This document shows positions 54,484-63,031 of a DNA stretch of 64,000 nt, in pieces. How positions within the stretch are numbered: the stretch's first letter is position 1; each line of letters begins with the position of its first letter. Under the pieces are notes generated by a model. That model made no database searches and was not told the DNA's origin. It saw only the letters and a program-made list of their open reading frames with translations. The translations under genes and the position numbers were made by a program. The stretch is from a virus. The stretch spans positions 1-64,000 of the IMG/VR virus record IMGVR_UViG_3300037467_001303; one strand, given 5' to 3'.

Positions 54484-54887
54484 GATGGCTCCGACTCGTT
54501 TACGATCGCCACGCGCAGCGCCATCATGGACTGAGCATACTCCCAGCGCCATTCGTAGTACGCCGCCGTCTTGCACATATGGTCGTAGTCCTTGCGCGCC
54601 TGATGGTAGGCGTTGACGGCGTCCTGGAACCACGCGTACTCGCCTTCGAGGTCGAAGCAGTCATCATTGATCCAGCTTTCGAGCATCTTGCGGTCCTCCT
54701 CGGGGATGCCCTCGGGGACCTTCGGGAAGGCCGGTCCATCGTATTTCGGCGTGCTCGGCTTGAACCAGTAGGGAATTTCGTGCGGCGCGTGCGCGGCGAA
54801 ATAGTCCAGCAGGGTAATCACCTGGCCATCGTCGTGGCCGGCTAGTGCGGTGTTGAAGCTGGCGTGGCGTCGGGTTCTGTTTTGCAT
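54480..54887 (-). CDS. Hypothetical phage protein
   Basis: TLLDYFAAHAP..WRWEYAQSM; start 54887 with AAGGAG. Confidence 0.7.
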   Translation of the reverse strand: MQNRTRRHASFNTALAGHDDGQVITLLDYFAAHAPHEIPYWFKPSTPKYDGPAFPKVPEGIPEEDRKMLESWINDDCFDLEGEYAWFQDAVNAYHQARKDYDHMCKTAAYYEWRWEYAQSMMALRVAIVNESEPS

Positions 54888-54897
54888 GGTCGCTCCT

Positions 54898-55350
54898 TTA
54901 GTGAAGGTGGTTGCGAAGGACGGGCTGCTGCTTGACAAGGGACGGCTCGAACCCGGAATCCCATGGCCATCGCCGATTCTTGTCAGGCCACACTAGTTGT
55001 AGCGCGGTGTAGTCGGGGAAACGGTGCAGGACGGCATACATGTACTGGTCGGCTTCGCTGCGCGGCGCCGGTACAAGGCGCGCGGGGAAGCCCTCGGCCA
55101 CGTCGTCCAGGTCGGTATCGAGCGCCGGTACGCCGCTGTTCGTGAAGCGCCTGCCCATGTCGTTCAGGAACCTGTGCGCGATCTCCATCGGCAGGCCGAA
55201 CATGATGATCTCTGGATAGCCCTTCGCGCTCAGGCCGACCGTGTACGAGAATGGCGGGCTGTTATCACTGCCGAACACACCCTGTACGGCCCATCCGTAC
55301 TTGGCGATCATGGCGTCGAATTCGGCTTCGACGGCTTTGCGGTCTTTCAT
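54898..55350 (-). CDS. DUF4262-like protein
   Basis: IAKYGWAVQGV..FSYTVGL..PEIIMFGLP..LQLVWPD..WPW. Confidence 0.8.
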   Translation of the reverse strand: MKDRKAVEAEFDAMIAKYGWAVQGVFGSDNSPPFSYTVGLSAKGYPEIIMFGLPMEIAHRFLNDMGRRFTNSGVPALDTDLDDVAEGFPARLVPAPRSEADQYMYAVLHRFPDYTALQLVWPDKNRRWPWDSGFEPSLVKQQPVLRNHLH

Positions 55351-55370
55351 GCTTGCTCCTTTTGGTGGTT

Positions 55371-55395
55371 GAAAAAAGGCAGGCCGAAGCCTGCC
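55371..55395 (-). terminator. Terminator-like hairpin
   Basis: A6-GGCAGGC-CGAA-GCCTGCC. Confidence 0.7.
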
Positions 55396-55399
55396 GGGG

Positions 55400-55576
55400 T
55401 TACTGTTTCGGTTTCGTTCCCTGTTCGGCCTTGTACGCCTTGTACAGGGGCGAACGGTAGATGGTGGACAGGGCGATCCCGACCTGCCTGGCGGCAGCGT
55501 AGGCCGACAGCGTGCCGCCACTCGCGCGCAGCAGGGCGACGGCCTTGGCGACTTCGGCGGACGGACGGCCGCTCAT
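55400..55576 (-). CDS. Small HTH protein (58 aa, not in the ORF track)
   Basis: SAYAAARQVGIALSTIYR; SD AAGGAG. Confidence 0.65.
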   Translation of the reverse strand: MSGRPSAEVAKAVALLRASGGTLSAYAAARQVGIALSTIYRSPLYKAYKAEQGTKPKQ

Positions 55577-55608
55577 TGCTTGGCTCCTTGCATGGTTCTC
55601 TCCTTCGG

Positions 55609-55812
55609 TTACAGGCCCGCTTCGCGCGGGTCGATCAGGTCATACTTGCGCGCCCAGGCGTCAACCGTGGCTTCCACAGGCCGGTCGCCGGCATCGCACT
55701 CGTACAGTTCGGCCAGCATCAACTCGTCGTCCCAGCACCAGCGGTCGCTGGCGTAGGCCAGGATGCGCTGGAACAGGTGGTCGGTCGTGTCGTTCACGTC
55801 AGCCCCTTTCAT
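55609..55812 (-). CDS. Hypothetical protein
   Basis: Short acidic ORF; the start may be GTG 55797. Confidence 0.55.
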   Translation of the reverse strand: MKGADVNDTTDHLFQRILAYASDRWCWDDELMLAELYECDAGDRPVEATVDAWARKYDLIDPREAGL

Positions 55813-56126
55813 TTGTGCAGCAGCCCGTTGCGGTCGCCCGGATCAATCGGCGAAGCGGGATGGTAGTCGAACAGCTTGGCCCAGGGGATGCTGGCCAGTG
55901 CTCCGCGCAGGACCGGCAGGGTCTCGATGCAGCACGCTGCGAGCACCAGCACCGCGCTGGCCAGCACCAGCGGCCACGTCCTGCGCCCGGCCTGGACAGC
56001 GGTGACGGGCCGGTCGCGCATCCACTGGCGCTCGGCTGCGGTCGCCACCCACGGATCACGCGCCGGGGTGACGAACCGCCCGTCAGGCTTCGTCACATGG
56101 TGACGAACTTCGTCAGGGCGGGTCAT
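55809..56126 (-). CDS. Hypothetical single-TM protein
   Basis: WPLVLASAVLVLAACC. Confidence 0.55.
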   Translation of the reverse strand: MTRPDEVRHHVTKPDGRFVTPARDPWVATAAERQWMRDRPVTAVQAGRRTWPLVLASAVLVLAACCIETLPVLRGALASIPWAKLFDYHPASPIDPGDRNGLLHK

Positions 56127-56128
56127 GG

Positions 56129-56545
56129 TCAGGCTCCGTCGTTGGCGGCAGCGGGCGCCATGATGGCGTCGGCGGTCTTGTCCAGCGCAGCACGCATGCG
56201 GCGCGCGAGGTCCTTGTCGTCGCGCACGCGGAAGAACGATTCGACGAGGTCGATCAGAATCTCCATCGCGTGCGCGTCATTGGGCAGCCCGTTGTACTCG
56301 ATGATGCTGTCGCCCAGCCAGTCGCCGAATTCCAGACTGACTTCGTACTCGAACACGCCGGGATAGTCTTCGCGCACGGCCTCGGCAGCCTCGCGCAGCG
56401 CATCAATGCGCGGCACCCATTCCATGGCGGCATCGACCAGCTCGATCATGCCTTGGTCGTACGCCTTGTAGACCTTGTCCAGGTCGGCCCTGTACAGGCC
56501 CTGCATCACGAATGCCGCCGTGATTGCGGTCTGACGCTGATCCAT
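56129..56545 (-). CDS. Hypothetical protein
   Basis: Start 56545 with AAGGAG; YPGVFEYEV..FGDWL. Confidence 0.7.
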   Translation of the reverse strand: MDQRQTAITAAFVMQGLYRADLDKVYKAYDQGMIELVDAAMEWVPRIDALREAAEAVREDYPGVFEYEVSLEFGDWLGDSIIEYNGLPNDAHAMEILIDLVESFFRVRDDKDLARRMRAALDKTADAIMAPAAANDGA

Positions 56546-56564
56546 TGCTATCTCCTTGGGTTGC

Positions 56565-56613
56565 CGGGACAATTCCCGCACCAGCGCCCGCACATGGCAG
56601 GCGCTGATACTGG
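56565..56613 (-). repeat. Structured leader repeat, copy 1
   Basis: On +: CGGGACaatTCCCG-C-ACCAGCGCC-loop-GGCGCTGATACTGG. Confidence 0.8.
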
Positions 56614-56618
56614 CGCTG

Positions 56619-56867
56619 TCACTTGGGACGGGTTTCGTCCTTGTACATGCCGCGCGCCTTGGCCAGGGCCGCATCGAAGTCGATGCCGAGCCGGTCGCAC
56701 CAGTGCATGAGATCGGCCAGCAGGTCGCCGAGCACGGTGGCGTTATCCTCTCCGGCCCGCACCATGCCGGTCGCATGCGCGAAGGTCATCACGCCCTGCG
56801 CGGCCCATCCGGCGCGCTGCTCGTTCATCCCGTCCGGGTCGGGCGGCAGGTTGGAGATCGTGTTCAT
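56619..56867 (-). CDS. Hypothetical phage protein
   Basis: LGDLLADLMHWCD..FDAAL..Y..E; start 56867. Confidence 0.7.
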   Translation of the reverse strand: MNTISNLPPDPDGMNEQRAGWAAQGVMTFAHATGMVRAGEDNATVLGDLLADLMHWCDRLGIDFDAALAKARGMYKDETRPK

Positions 56868-57295
56868 TGCCCGTCCTCCGGTTCGTACTCGATGTCGAAG
56901 CCGGCTTGACGGTTCGACACCCACATCCACGCCATCACATAGGCGCCGTCATCGTCGCCCTTCGAGACGACTGCGGGATTGTCCACCTCGATCTCACCGT
57001 CCTTGGCCATGCGCTGCGCTGCGGCCACGTAAGGGCTGTGCTGGGCCAGCTCGGCGAACATCGGCACGATGGCCGAGAAGTCCAGGCCGTGGTGGTTCAG
57101 GCTATCGCACAGCTCGCTGATGTCGTCGCCCTCCAGCGGTTGCAGCGTGCCGCAGTTGCTGGCAATGTCGTTGATGCCTGCTGGCAGATCGCCGAACGCG
57201 TCCAGATTCGACTGGTAGAAGCGCAGCGCGGCCAGCACGGTCGCGTGGGCTTCCTGGGTCAGCGCGTACAGCGCGGGTTTCTTGGTGTCGGACAT
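56864..57295 (-). CDS. Hypothetical protein
   Basis: ATVLAALRFYQ..GAYVMAWMWV; SD AAGGAG. Confidence 0.7.
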   Translation of the reverse strand: MSDTKKPALYALTQEAHATVLAALRFYQSNLDAFGDLPAGINDIASNCGTLQPLEGDDISELCDSLNHHGLDFSAIVPMFAELAQHSPYVAAAQRMAKDGEIEVDNPAVVSKGDDDGAYVMAWMWVSNRQAGFDIEYEPEDGQ

Positions 57296-57297
57296 GG

Positions 57298-57750
57298 TCA
57301 GGCTCCTTTCGTGGTGTCAAGTGAAGGGCAGTCGGCAGGCGCGGCAACGCTCCAGCCCCGCGCACGCATGATGCGGCCGACGATGTACAGGGTGTAGTGC
57401 GGCACGTCGCGGTCGGCGATCCCGATCACGGCGCCACACTCCGGGCAGCAGCCGGCCGGGGCAAGTTCCCCAGGTAGCACGCGGTCGTGAATGTGGTGGA
57501 TGTGGTGAATCCCGTTGATCTCGCTCATGGTGCCGGTCCAGTCGCACTCCTCGCACGCGTAGGTGGTCGGCGTGCCCGGCTTCTGCTTCGGCGCGGCCGG
57601 CGGCAGCGGTTCGACCAGGTGCCGGAACAGACCGTACAGCACGTTGTAGTCGTCGCCGGTCGGCGCACGTTCCTCGGCGCTCAGCCTCGCGTCGTAGTCT
57701 TGCATGGCCTTCACCAGCCGCTCCAGCGGGTCCTGCGGTGTCGTTGTCAT
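57298..57750 (-). CDS. Hypothetical Zn-ribbon protein
   Basis: CEECDW..PAGCCPECGA. Confidence 0.7.
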   Translation of the reverse strand: MTTTPQDPLERLVKAMQDYDARLSAEERAPTGDDYNVLYGLFRHLVEPLPPAAPKQKPGTPTTYACEECDWTGTMSEINGIHHIHHIHDRVLPGELAPAGCCPECGAVIGIADRDVPHYTLYIVGRIMRARGWSVAAPADCPSLDTTKGA

Positions 57751-57766
57751 GGCATCCTCCTGTGAT

Positions 57767-57813
57767 CGGGACTATTCCCGCGTCAGCGCCCCCTCTGGAG
57801 ACGCTGACACTGG
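57767..57813 (-). repeat. Structured leader repeat, copy 2
   Basis: On +: CGGGACtatTCCCG-C-GTCAGCGCC-loop-GACGCTGACACTGG. Confidence 0.8.
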
Positions 57814-57814
57814 C

Positions 57815-58090
57815 CTAGTCTTCGTAGCGTGTCAGTCCGGGGACCGTGTCGCCGTCGCTGTCAAAGCGCAGCAGCGCGATGCCCAGGCGTTGTGCGTAGC
57901 GCATGACGCCCGCCAGATCGTCGGGCAGGCTGGAAAGACTCTGTTCCATCACGTCCGGCACCGTCACGAAAAAGCCGTTCGGATAGGCGCCGATGCTCAT
58001 GGCGGGCCAATTGTTGTCGCCGCGTTGCATCTTGTCCATGGTGCGCTGTGTCAGGTAGCCTGTAGACAGGTCCAGGTAGGTATAGAGCAT
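57815..58090 (-). CDS. Hypothetical protein of a mobile-element family
   Basis: LDLSTGYL..GFFV..L..VMRYA..LLRFDSDG. Confidence 0.7.
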   Translation of the reverse strand: MLYTYLDLSTGYLTQRTMDKMQRGDNNWPAMSIGAYPNGFFVTVPDVMEQSLSSLPDDLAGVMRYAQRLGIALLRFDSDGDTVPGLTRYED

Positions 58091-58099
58091 GGCGTTCTC

Positions 58100-58474
58100 C
58101 TAGAGTCGGGTTGCCACGCGGGCGTTGGCGCGCAGGATCGTCCAGTGCTCGATCTCGTTGTCGCAGTAGCGGATGTATGCCGCTTCGCGCTGCGCCTCGT
58201 CACTGCCGAACACGGCGAAATCGCGCTCGCTCGGGCCGGTCTGGAGCGCAGCGGCTGTTTCGCAATGGTCGTCCACGAACGCAATCAGGCCGTCCCACAC
58301 GACGCTGTAGTGAGCGTATGGCACGTCCTCGTTAAGGGCGATCTCCAGCAGGTTGCCGTTCAGGGTCCAGGTGCTGTATTCCTCGGGCTGGACCAGTTCG
58401 GCCAGCGCCTCGATAGCGGCCTCATGGCCGGGTTTGATGCGCAGCTCGCCGCGCAGGAACAGATTGGTGCTCAC
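58100..58474 (-). CDS. Hypothetical protein
   Basis: GTG start with AGGAGG. Confidence 0.65.
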   Translation of the reverse strand: MSTNLFLRGELRIKPGHEAAIEALAELVQPEEYSTWTLNGNLLEIALNEDVPYAHYSVVWDGLIAFVDDHCETAAALQTGPSERDFAVFGSDEAQREAAYIRYCDNEIEHWTILRANARVATRL

Positions 58475-58496
58475 AGTGCCTCCTATAGGTGGTTGC

Positions 58497-58544
58497 CGGG
58501 GACTGCCCCCGCGTCAGCGCCCGTTGTCCAGGCGCTGACACTGG
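58497..58544 (-). repeat. Structured leader repeat, copy 3
   Basis: On +: CGGGGACtgCCCCCG-C-GTCAGCGCC-loop-GGCGCTGACACTGG. Confidence 0.8.
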
Positions 58545-58545
58545 A

Positions 58546-58932
58546 TCAGTCGTCAGCCTGCTCGATCTGCGCCTCGACCCACTGCCAGTAACCGCGCAGG
58601 GTGTCGCCCTCGGCCACTTCGTGCCGCCAGTCGCGGCGCAGGTACTGCGGATGCTCGCCGTTGTCGCGCTCGGTGCTGTACTTCTCCTGTAGCTCGTCGG
58701 CGGCCAGCAGGCGGTCGGAGCGCGCCAGCTCGGGCCGGTAGGGCATGCCGTCCGGCGCGCCTTTCTTGATGTTGAAGTCCCACTCGGACACGGTCGCGTC
58801 CGTCATGGCCGTCAGGATGTCGTGTTGCCCGATGTGGTGCGCGGCGGATTCCAGGTTGTGGCCAAGCTGCGCCGCGTCGGATTCGTCCGCGTCGAAGGTG
58901 AAGTTCAGGATCAGGCGTCGTTTGATGAGCAT
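58546..58932 (-). CDS. Hypothetical protein
   Basis: GEHPQYLRRDWRHEVAEGDTLRGYWQWV; start 58932. Confidence 0.7.
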   Translation of the reverse strand: MLIKRRLILNFTFDADESDAAQLGHNLESAAHHIGQHDILTAMTDATVSEWDFNIKKGAPDGMPYRPELARSDRLLAADELQEKYSTERDNGEHPQYLRRDWRHEVAEGDTLRGYWQWVEAQIEQADD

Positions 58933-58945
58933 GGTCGCCTCCGTC

Positions 58946-59452
58946 TCACAGCAGGCCACATTCGGCCATCGAGCACGATGCGGCCGCGGTGACGATGATG
59001 TGGTCAAGCACGCGCACGTCGATCAGGGCCAGCGCCTGCGACAGCTGGTTGGTCAGCACCTTGTCGGCCTCGCTCGGTTCGACCTTGCCCGACGGATGAT
59101 TGTGCGCAAGGATCACGTGGGCGGCGTTGTGGTGCAGCGCGGCCTTGACCACTTCGCGCGGGTAGACCCTCGCGCCGGTCAGGTCGCCCCGGAACATTTC
59201 CTCGCGCGCGATCAGGCAGTTCTTGGCGTCCAGGAACAGCACCATGAAGACTTCGTGTTCCAGCTCGCCGGCGTACAGGCGCATGTACTCGCGCACCGCC
59301 GACGGACGGGTCAGCAGCTCGCCGGGCTTGCGCATGCGGTTCGAGAGGATCGACAGGGCGCGGCGGATCGTGGCGTCCTCGCGCTGCCTGCGGGTGTCCG
59401 GGCGCGGTTGAACCGGCTCGGTGTGAAGGGTAACGACGTTCGTGCGGGTCAT
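58946..59452 (-). CDS. radC: RadC-family JAB-domain protein
   Basis: [42 protein letters not shown]; start 59452. Confidence 0.93.
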   Translation of the reverse strand: MTRTNVVTLHTEPVQPRPDTRRQREDATIRRALSILSNRMRKPGELLTRPSAVREYMRLYAGELEHEVFMVLFLDAKNCLIAREEMFRGDLTGARVYPREVVKAALHHNAAHVILAHNHPSGKVEPSEADKVLTNQLSQALALIDVRVLDHIIVTAAASCSMAECGLL

Positions 59453-59501
59453 GACAGGCTCCAGAGTAGGGCGCAGCCACATGGGCCGCGCCGTGGGTTC
59501 A

Positions 59502-59873
59502 TCAGGCAGGTTGGGCGGCTTCGTCTTGCAGGCGGTAGTATTCGCGCGCCTCGGCCAGCACCTTGTCGATCTCCAGCAGTGCCTGCGCATGGGTGTCGCG
59601 GATGGCCTTCTCGGTGCCGCGCTTGCCTTGTGCTACCAGCAGCACGCGCGACAGGTCGCCGCCAGTGCCGCCCAGGTTGAACCGATGCGACCGGAAATGG
59701 CCCTCCCGCTTGTGGCCCGTCACGCATGTCGCCACGCCGACCACACGGCCCCGCTGTGTGTGCTTGCCAGTGCGGAGCACGATCACGCGGCTGTTGCCGA
59801 TGTCGCACTCGGTCTCTGCTTCCCAATCGGCGTGCAGGGTCTTGCCGATCTTGGTCTGGTGCTGCTGTTCCAT
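59502..59873 (-). CDS. Hypothetical first gene of the leftward cluster
   Basis: 123 aa, SD AGGAGG; TATACT -10 element upstream. Confidence 0.7.
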   Translation of the reverse strand: MEQQHQTKIGKTLHADWEAETECDIGNSRVIVLRTGKHTQRGRVVGVATCVTGHKREGHFRSHRFNLGGTGGDLSRVLLVAQGKRGTEKAIRDTHAQALLEIDKVLAEAREYYRLQDEAAQPA

Positions 59874-60007
59874 GATGCCCTCCTATGGTTGAGTGATTGA
59901 CGGACAGTGCGGGCGCACAAGCCCACGAACACAGTATATAGCATGATGCTACATAAGTACATGCACGATTGCGCACGGCAATGCGCGCATACCCAGGACA
60001 GAACACC

Positions 60008-60565
60008 ATGAGCACCCAATACGACTTCGCCGCCGCCGAGATCGACTACGCGGCCGGCGGCTATTCGATCAACGCACTGGCGATCAAGCACAACATTCCC
60101 GAGCCGACCTTGCGCAGGTACGCGAAGAAACAGGGCTGGATCAAGGGGACCAGCGATGTTAAGCGCGAACTCGTCCGCGAGGCAATGGCCGGGATGCCGC
60201 TTGACGAATCGTTGACGAACGAAATGACGAATGGCGAGGCGATTCGTCAGGTCCAGCTCGATGAAGCGACGCAGGACGTGGCCGACATGAACACCGGCCT
60301 GGCAGTGGCCCGTAGAAGCATGGGCAAGCTGCTGCAAATGGTCGACCAGGTCGATCACCCCAAGGACGTGAAGACCATCTGCGAGGCCAACAAGCTGGCA
60401 GTGGAGACGATCCGCAAGATTCGCGCACTGGACGACGACACCCCGCCCGAAGCCAGCGTGCAGGTCGAGATCAGCGACGGATTCGCCGAGCTGCGCGCCG
60501 CCTTCCACAAGCGCCTCCAGCAGCCCGTAGGAGCTGTCCAGGACGACGATGCTGGCACTGCCTGA
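60008..60565 (+). CDS. terS: Terminase small subunit-like HTH protein
   Basis: DYAAGGYSINALAIKHNIPEPTLRRYAKKQGW; overlaps the terL start. Confidence 0.75.
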   Translation: MSTQYDFAAAEIDYAAGGYSINALAIKHNIPEPTLRRYAKKQGWIKGTSDVKRELVREAMAGMPLDESLTNEMTNGEAIRQVQLDEATQDVADMNTGLAVARRSMGKLLQMVDQVDHPKDVKTICEANKLAVETIRKIRALDDDTPPEASVQVEISDGFAELRAAFHKRLQQPVGAVQDDDAGTA

Positions 60566-62165
60566 CGAATTCCGCGCCACGCTGCACAGCGCGCCGTTCG
60601 ACACGGTCGCGGACCTGTGGGAGCTGGTCGAGACCCGCTACGGCATCGAGGGCAAGGCATGGCTGGGACGCAACGACAGGTTCTACCTGCTCACGCGCCT
60701 GCTGCACCGGCTCGACGCGATCCACCCCTGGCTGTACGCGCGCTGCCGTGAAGTGGAAGCCGAACCCGACGGATGCCTCGACCTGTGGGCGCGCGAGCAC
60801 TACAAGAGCACGATCATCACCTTCGCCGGCATCATCCAGGAAATGATCGTCAATCCCGAGATCACCATCGGCATCTTCTCGCATACCAAGCCGGTTGCCC
60901 GGAAGTTCCTCTTGCAGATCAAGCAGGAGCTGGAAGCGAACAAGGACCTGCACAGCACCTACCCGGACGTGTTCTACACCGATCCACGCGGCCAGTCGCC
61001 GAAGTGGAGCGAAGAGAAGGGCATCGTCATCAAGCGCAAGAGCAACCCCAAGGAAGCCACGCTCGAAGCGCACGGCCTCGTCGACGGCCAGCCGACGGGC
61101 GCCCACTTTTTGCTGCGCGTCTACGACGACGTGGTGACGCGCGAGTCTGTCTCTACGCCGGACCAGGTGAACAAGACCACCACCGCATGGGAGCTGTCCG
61201 ACAACCTCGGCGCACGCGGGGAAGACGGGCGCATCCGGGCCTGGCACGTCGGGACCCGCTACTCCTACATGGACACGTACCAGGAGATCATCGACAGGAA
61301 GATCCTCAAGGTGCGGCTGTATCCGGCCACGAAGGACGGCACGCCGGACGGCGAGCCGGTCTTCCTGACGGCCCAGGCATGGCGCGACAAGAAGCTCGCA
61401 CAAGGCCCGTCCACGATCGCGTGCCAGCAGCTGATGAACCCCGCGGCCGGCAATGAGGCCATGTTCAAGAAGGAATGGCTGTCCTTCATCGACATCCGGC
61501 CCGCAACCCTGAACGTCTACATCATGGTCGACCCCGCCCACTCGAAGAAGAAGGGCAGCGACAACACCGCCATGGCCGTGGTCGGTATCGACGCCGGCGG
61601 CAACAAGTACCTCTTGGACGGCTACCGCCACAAGATGGGCCTGCGGGAGCGATGGGAAGCCTTGAAGGGCCTGCGCAGGTACTGGACCAGCCAGCCAGGT
61701 GTGCAGGCCGTGTTCTGCGGCTACGAACGCTACGGCATGCAGGCCGATCTCGAATACATGGAAGAACAGATGCAGCGCGACCGCGAGGCGTTCGAGATCA
61801 TCGAGCTGAACTGGACCAGCGACGGCGCCCAGGCCAAGGATGACAGGGTCCAGAGGCTTCAGCCCGACTTCATCAGCAAGCGGTTCTACCTGGCCGCCGT
61901 GGTGCAGGGCGAGACTGCCAACCAGCGCCGTATCCGTGAGCAGGGTCAGCCCTTCCGCATCTTCAAGCCCGTCATGCGCCGCGACCACGAAGGGAACATG
62001 TACAGCCTCAACAAAGGGTTCCTCGAAGAGTTCCTGACCTACCCATTCAGCGCCAAGAAGGACCTGATCGACGCCGTCAGCCGCATCTACGACATGTCGC
62101 CGGTCTCCCCGATCCTGATCGACGAGCGGGTGCTGGAGCCGGAAACCTACGCCGACGGGATGTGA
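60549..62165 (+). CDS. terL: Terminase large subunit
   Basis: AREHYKSTIIT (Walker A variant), VYDDVV, GTRY, IMVDPA..DNTA, DLIDA nuclease motifs. Confidence 0.9.
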   Translation: MLALPDEFRATLHSAPFDTVADLWELVETRYGIEGKAWLGRNDRFYLLTRLLHRLDAIHPWLYARCREVEAEPDGCLDLWAREHYKSTIITFAGIIQEMIVNPEITIGIFSHTKPVARKFLLQIKQELEANKDLHSTYPDVFYTDPRGQSPKWSEEKGIVIKRKSNPKEATLEAHGLVDGQPTGAHFLLRVYDDVVTRESVSTPDQVNKTTTAWELSDNLGARGEDGRIRAWHVGTRYSYMDTYQEIIDRKILKVRLYPATKDGTPDGEPVFLTAQAWRDKKLAQGPSTIACQQLMNPAAGNEAMFKKEWLSFIDIRPATLNVYIMVDPAHSKKKGSDNTAMAVVGIDAGGNKYLLDGYRHKMGLRERWEALKGLRRYWTSQPGVQAVFCGYERYGMQADLEYMEEQMQRDREAFEIIELNWTSDGAQAKDDRVQRLQPDFISKRFYLAAVVQGETANQRRIREQGQPFRIFKPVMRRDHEGNMYSLNKGFLEEFLTYPFSAKKDLIDAVSRIYDMSPVSPILIDERVLEPETYADGM

Positions 62166-62167
62166 GC

Positions 62168-62356
62168 ATGCGGATCACCACCAGGAAGTACAGCGAAGCG
62201 GGCGGGCTGACGTTCTACCGCATGCGCTTGGGCGATCACGCCATCGAGCTGATGGCCACCGCCAAGGAAATGCAGGTGGAAGGGCGCCGCCAGGTAGTCG
62301 CAAGGCTGCTGTGGCGTGCCAGGGCCGAGCTGCGCCGGGCAGCAGCCGGCGCCTGA
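62168..62356 (+). CDS. Hypothetical protein
   Basis: Short ORF directly after terL. Confidence 0.5.
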   Translation: MRITTRKYSEAGGLTFYRMRLGDHAIELMATAKEMQVEGRRQVVARLLWRARAELRRAAAGA

Positions 62357-62482
62357 CCGACACCTCGACTCGCACCAGCAACGCCGCTATACTCGATCCT
62401 GCATGGCTGTGGGGGCAATGCCAACGTCCTCGGTGCTGCAAGGTGCCGGGGACGTTTCTACGTCCGGCTCCGGCACTCAGCA

Positions 62483-62617
62483 TCATCGCTTCCACTTTGC
62501 CCCGAGCGCGGCCAGGATCGCGTCGTTGCCCACGCCGCGCACCGTGAACGACCGGAAGTGCTTCCACCGGCAGCGGCCAACGTAGCGCCCCTCTCTCTGG
62601 TTGCGGCTAGTCGTCAT
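62483..62617 (-). CDS. 44-aa SRxQREG-motif peptide (not in the ORF track)
   Basis: MTTSRNQREGRYVGRCRWKHFR...; SD GGAGG. Confidence 0.6.
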   Translation of the reverse strand: MTTSRNQREGRYVGRCRWKHFRSFTVRGVGNDAILAALGAKWKR

Positions 62618-62870
62618 GGCCTGCCTCCTCCAGCACCACCTCGGCCATGATGCCCTTGCTGCGGTAGCGGATGCGCAGCGGCAGGACCGGCGGCACAGGG
62701 CTACGGGCGTTCATCGTCAGCCATGCGACCCCACTGTCAGGGAAGGGGATCGAGACCGGCAGCACCTCAACGTCGCCGACCATCAGCGCATCGAGCATGG
62801 CGCGGCGCCGGACATGCTTGCCGGCCCAGGTTCCGACGTACCAGCCTTCGCGCTGTCGCCGGCTGCTCAT
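62607..62870 (-). CDS. SRxQREG-motif protein
   Basis: MSSRRQREGWYVGTWAGKHVRR... Confidence 0.65.
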   Translation of the reverse strand: MSSRRQREGWYVGTWAGKHVRRRAMLDALMVGDVEVLPVSIPFPDSGVAWLTMNARSPVPPVLPLRIRYRSKGIMAEVVLEEAGHDD

Positions 62871-63031
62871 GCCGCTCCCTGCTGGCCGGTCAGTCTAGCC
62901 ACGGTCTCTTCCAGTTCGCGGACTTTCTCCAGCAAGGCAGCAGCACGCTGCTGTGCCCACTCGGCAGTCTCGAAGGGAAACTGTGCCCGGTAGATGTACT
63001 CCTGCAAGGCCGGGATAATGCTGTCGTTCAT
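62867..63031 (-). CDS. Small coiled-coil protein (54 aa, not in the ORF track)
   Basis: MNDSIIPALQEY...; ATGA-coupled at both ends. Confidence 0.55.
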   Translation of the reverse strand: MNDSIIPALQEYIYRAQFPFETAEWAQQRAAALLEKVRELEETVARLTGQQGAA

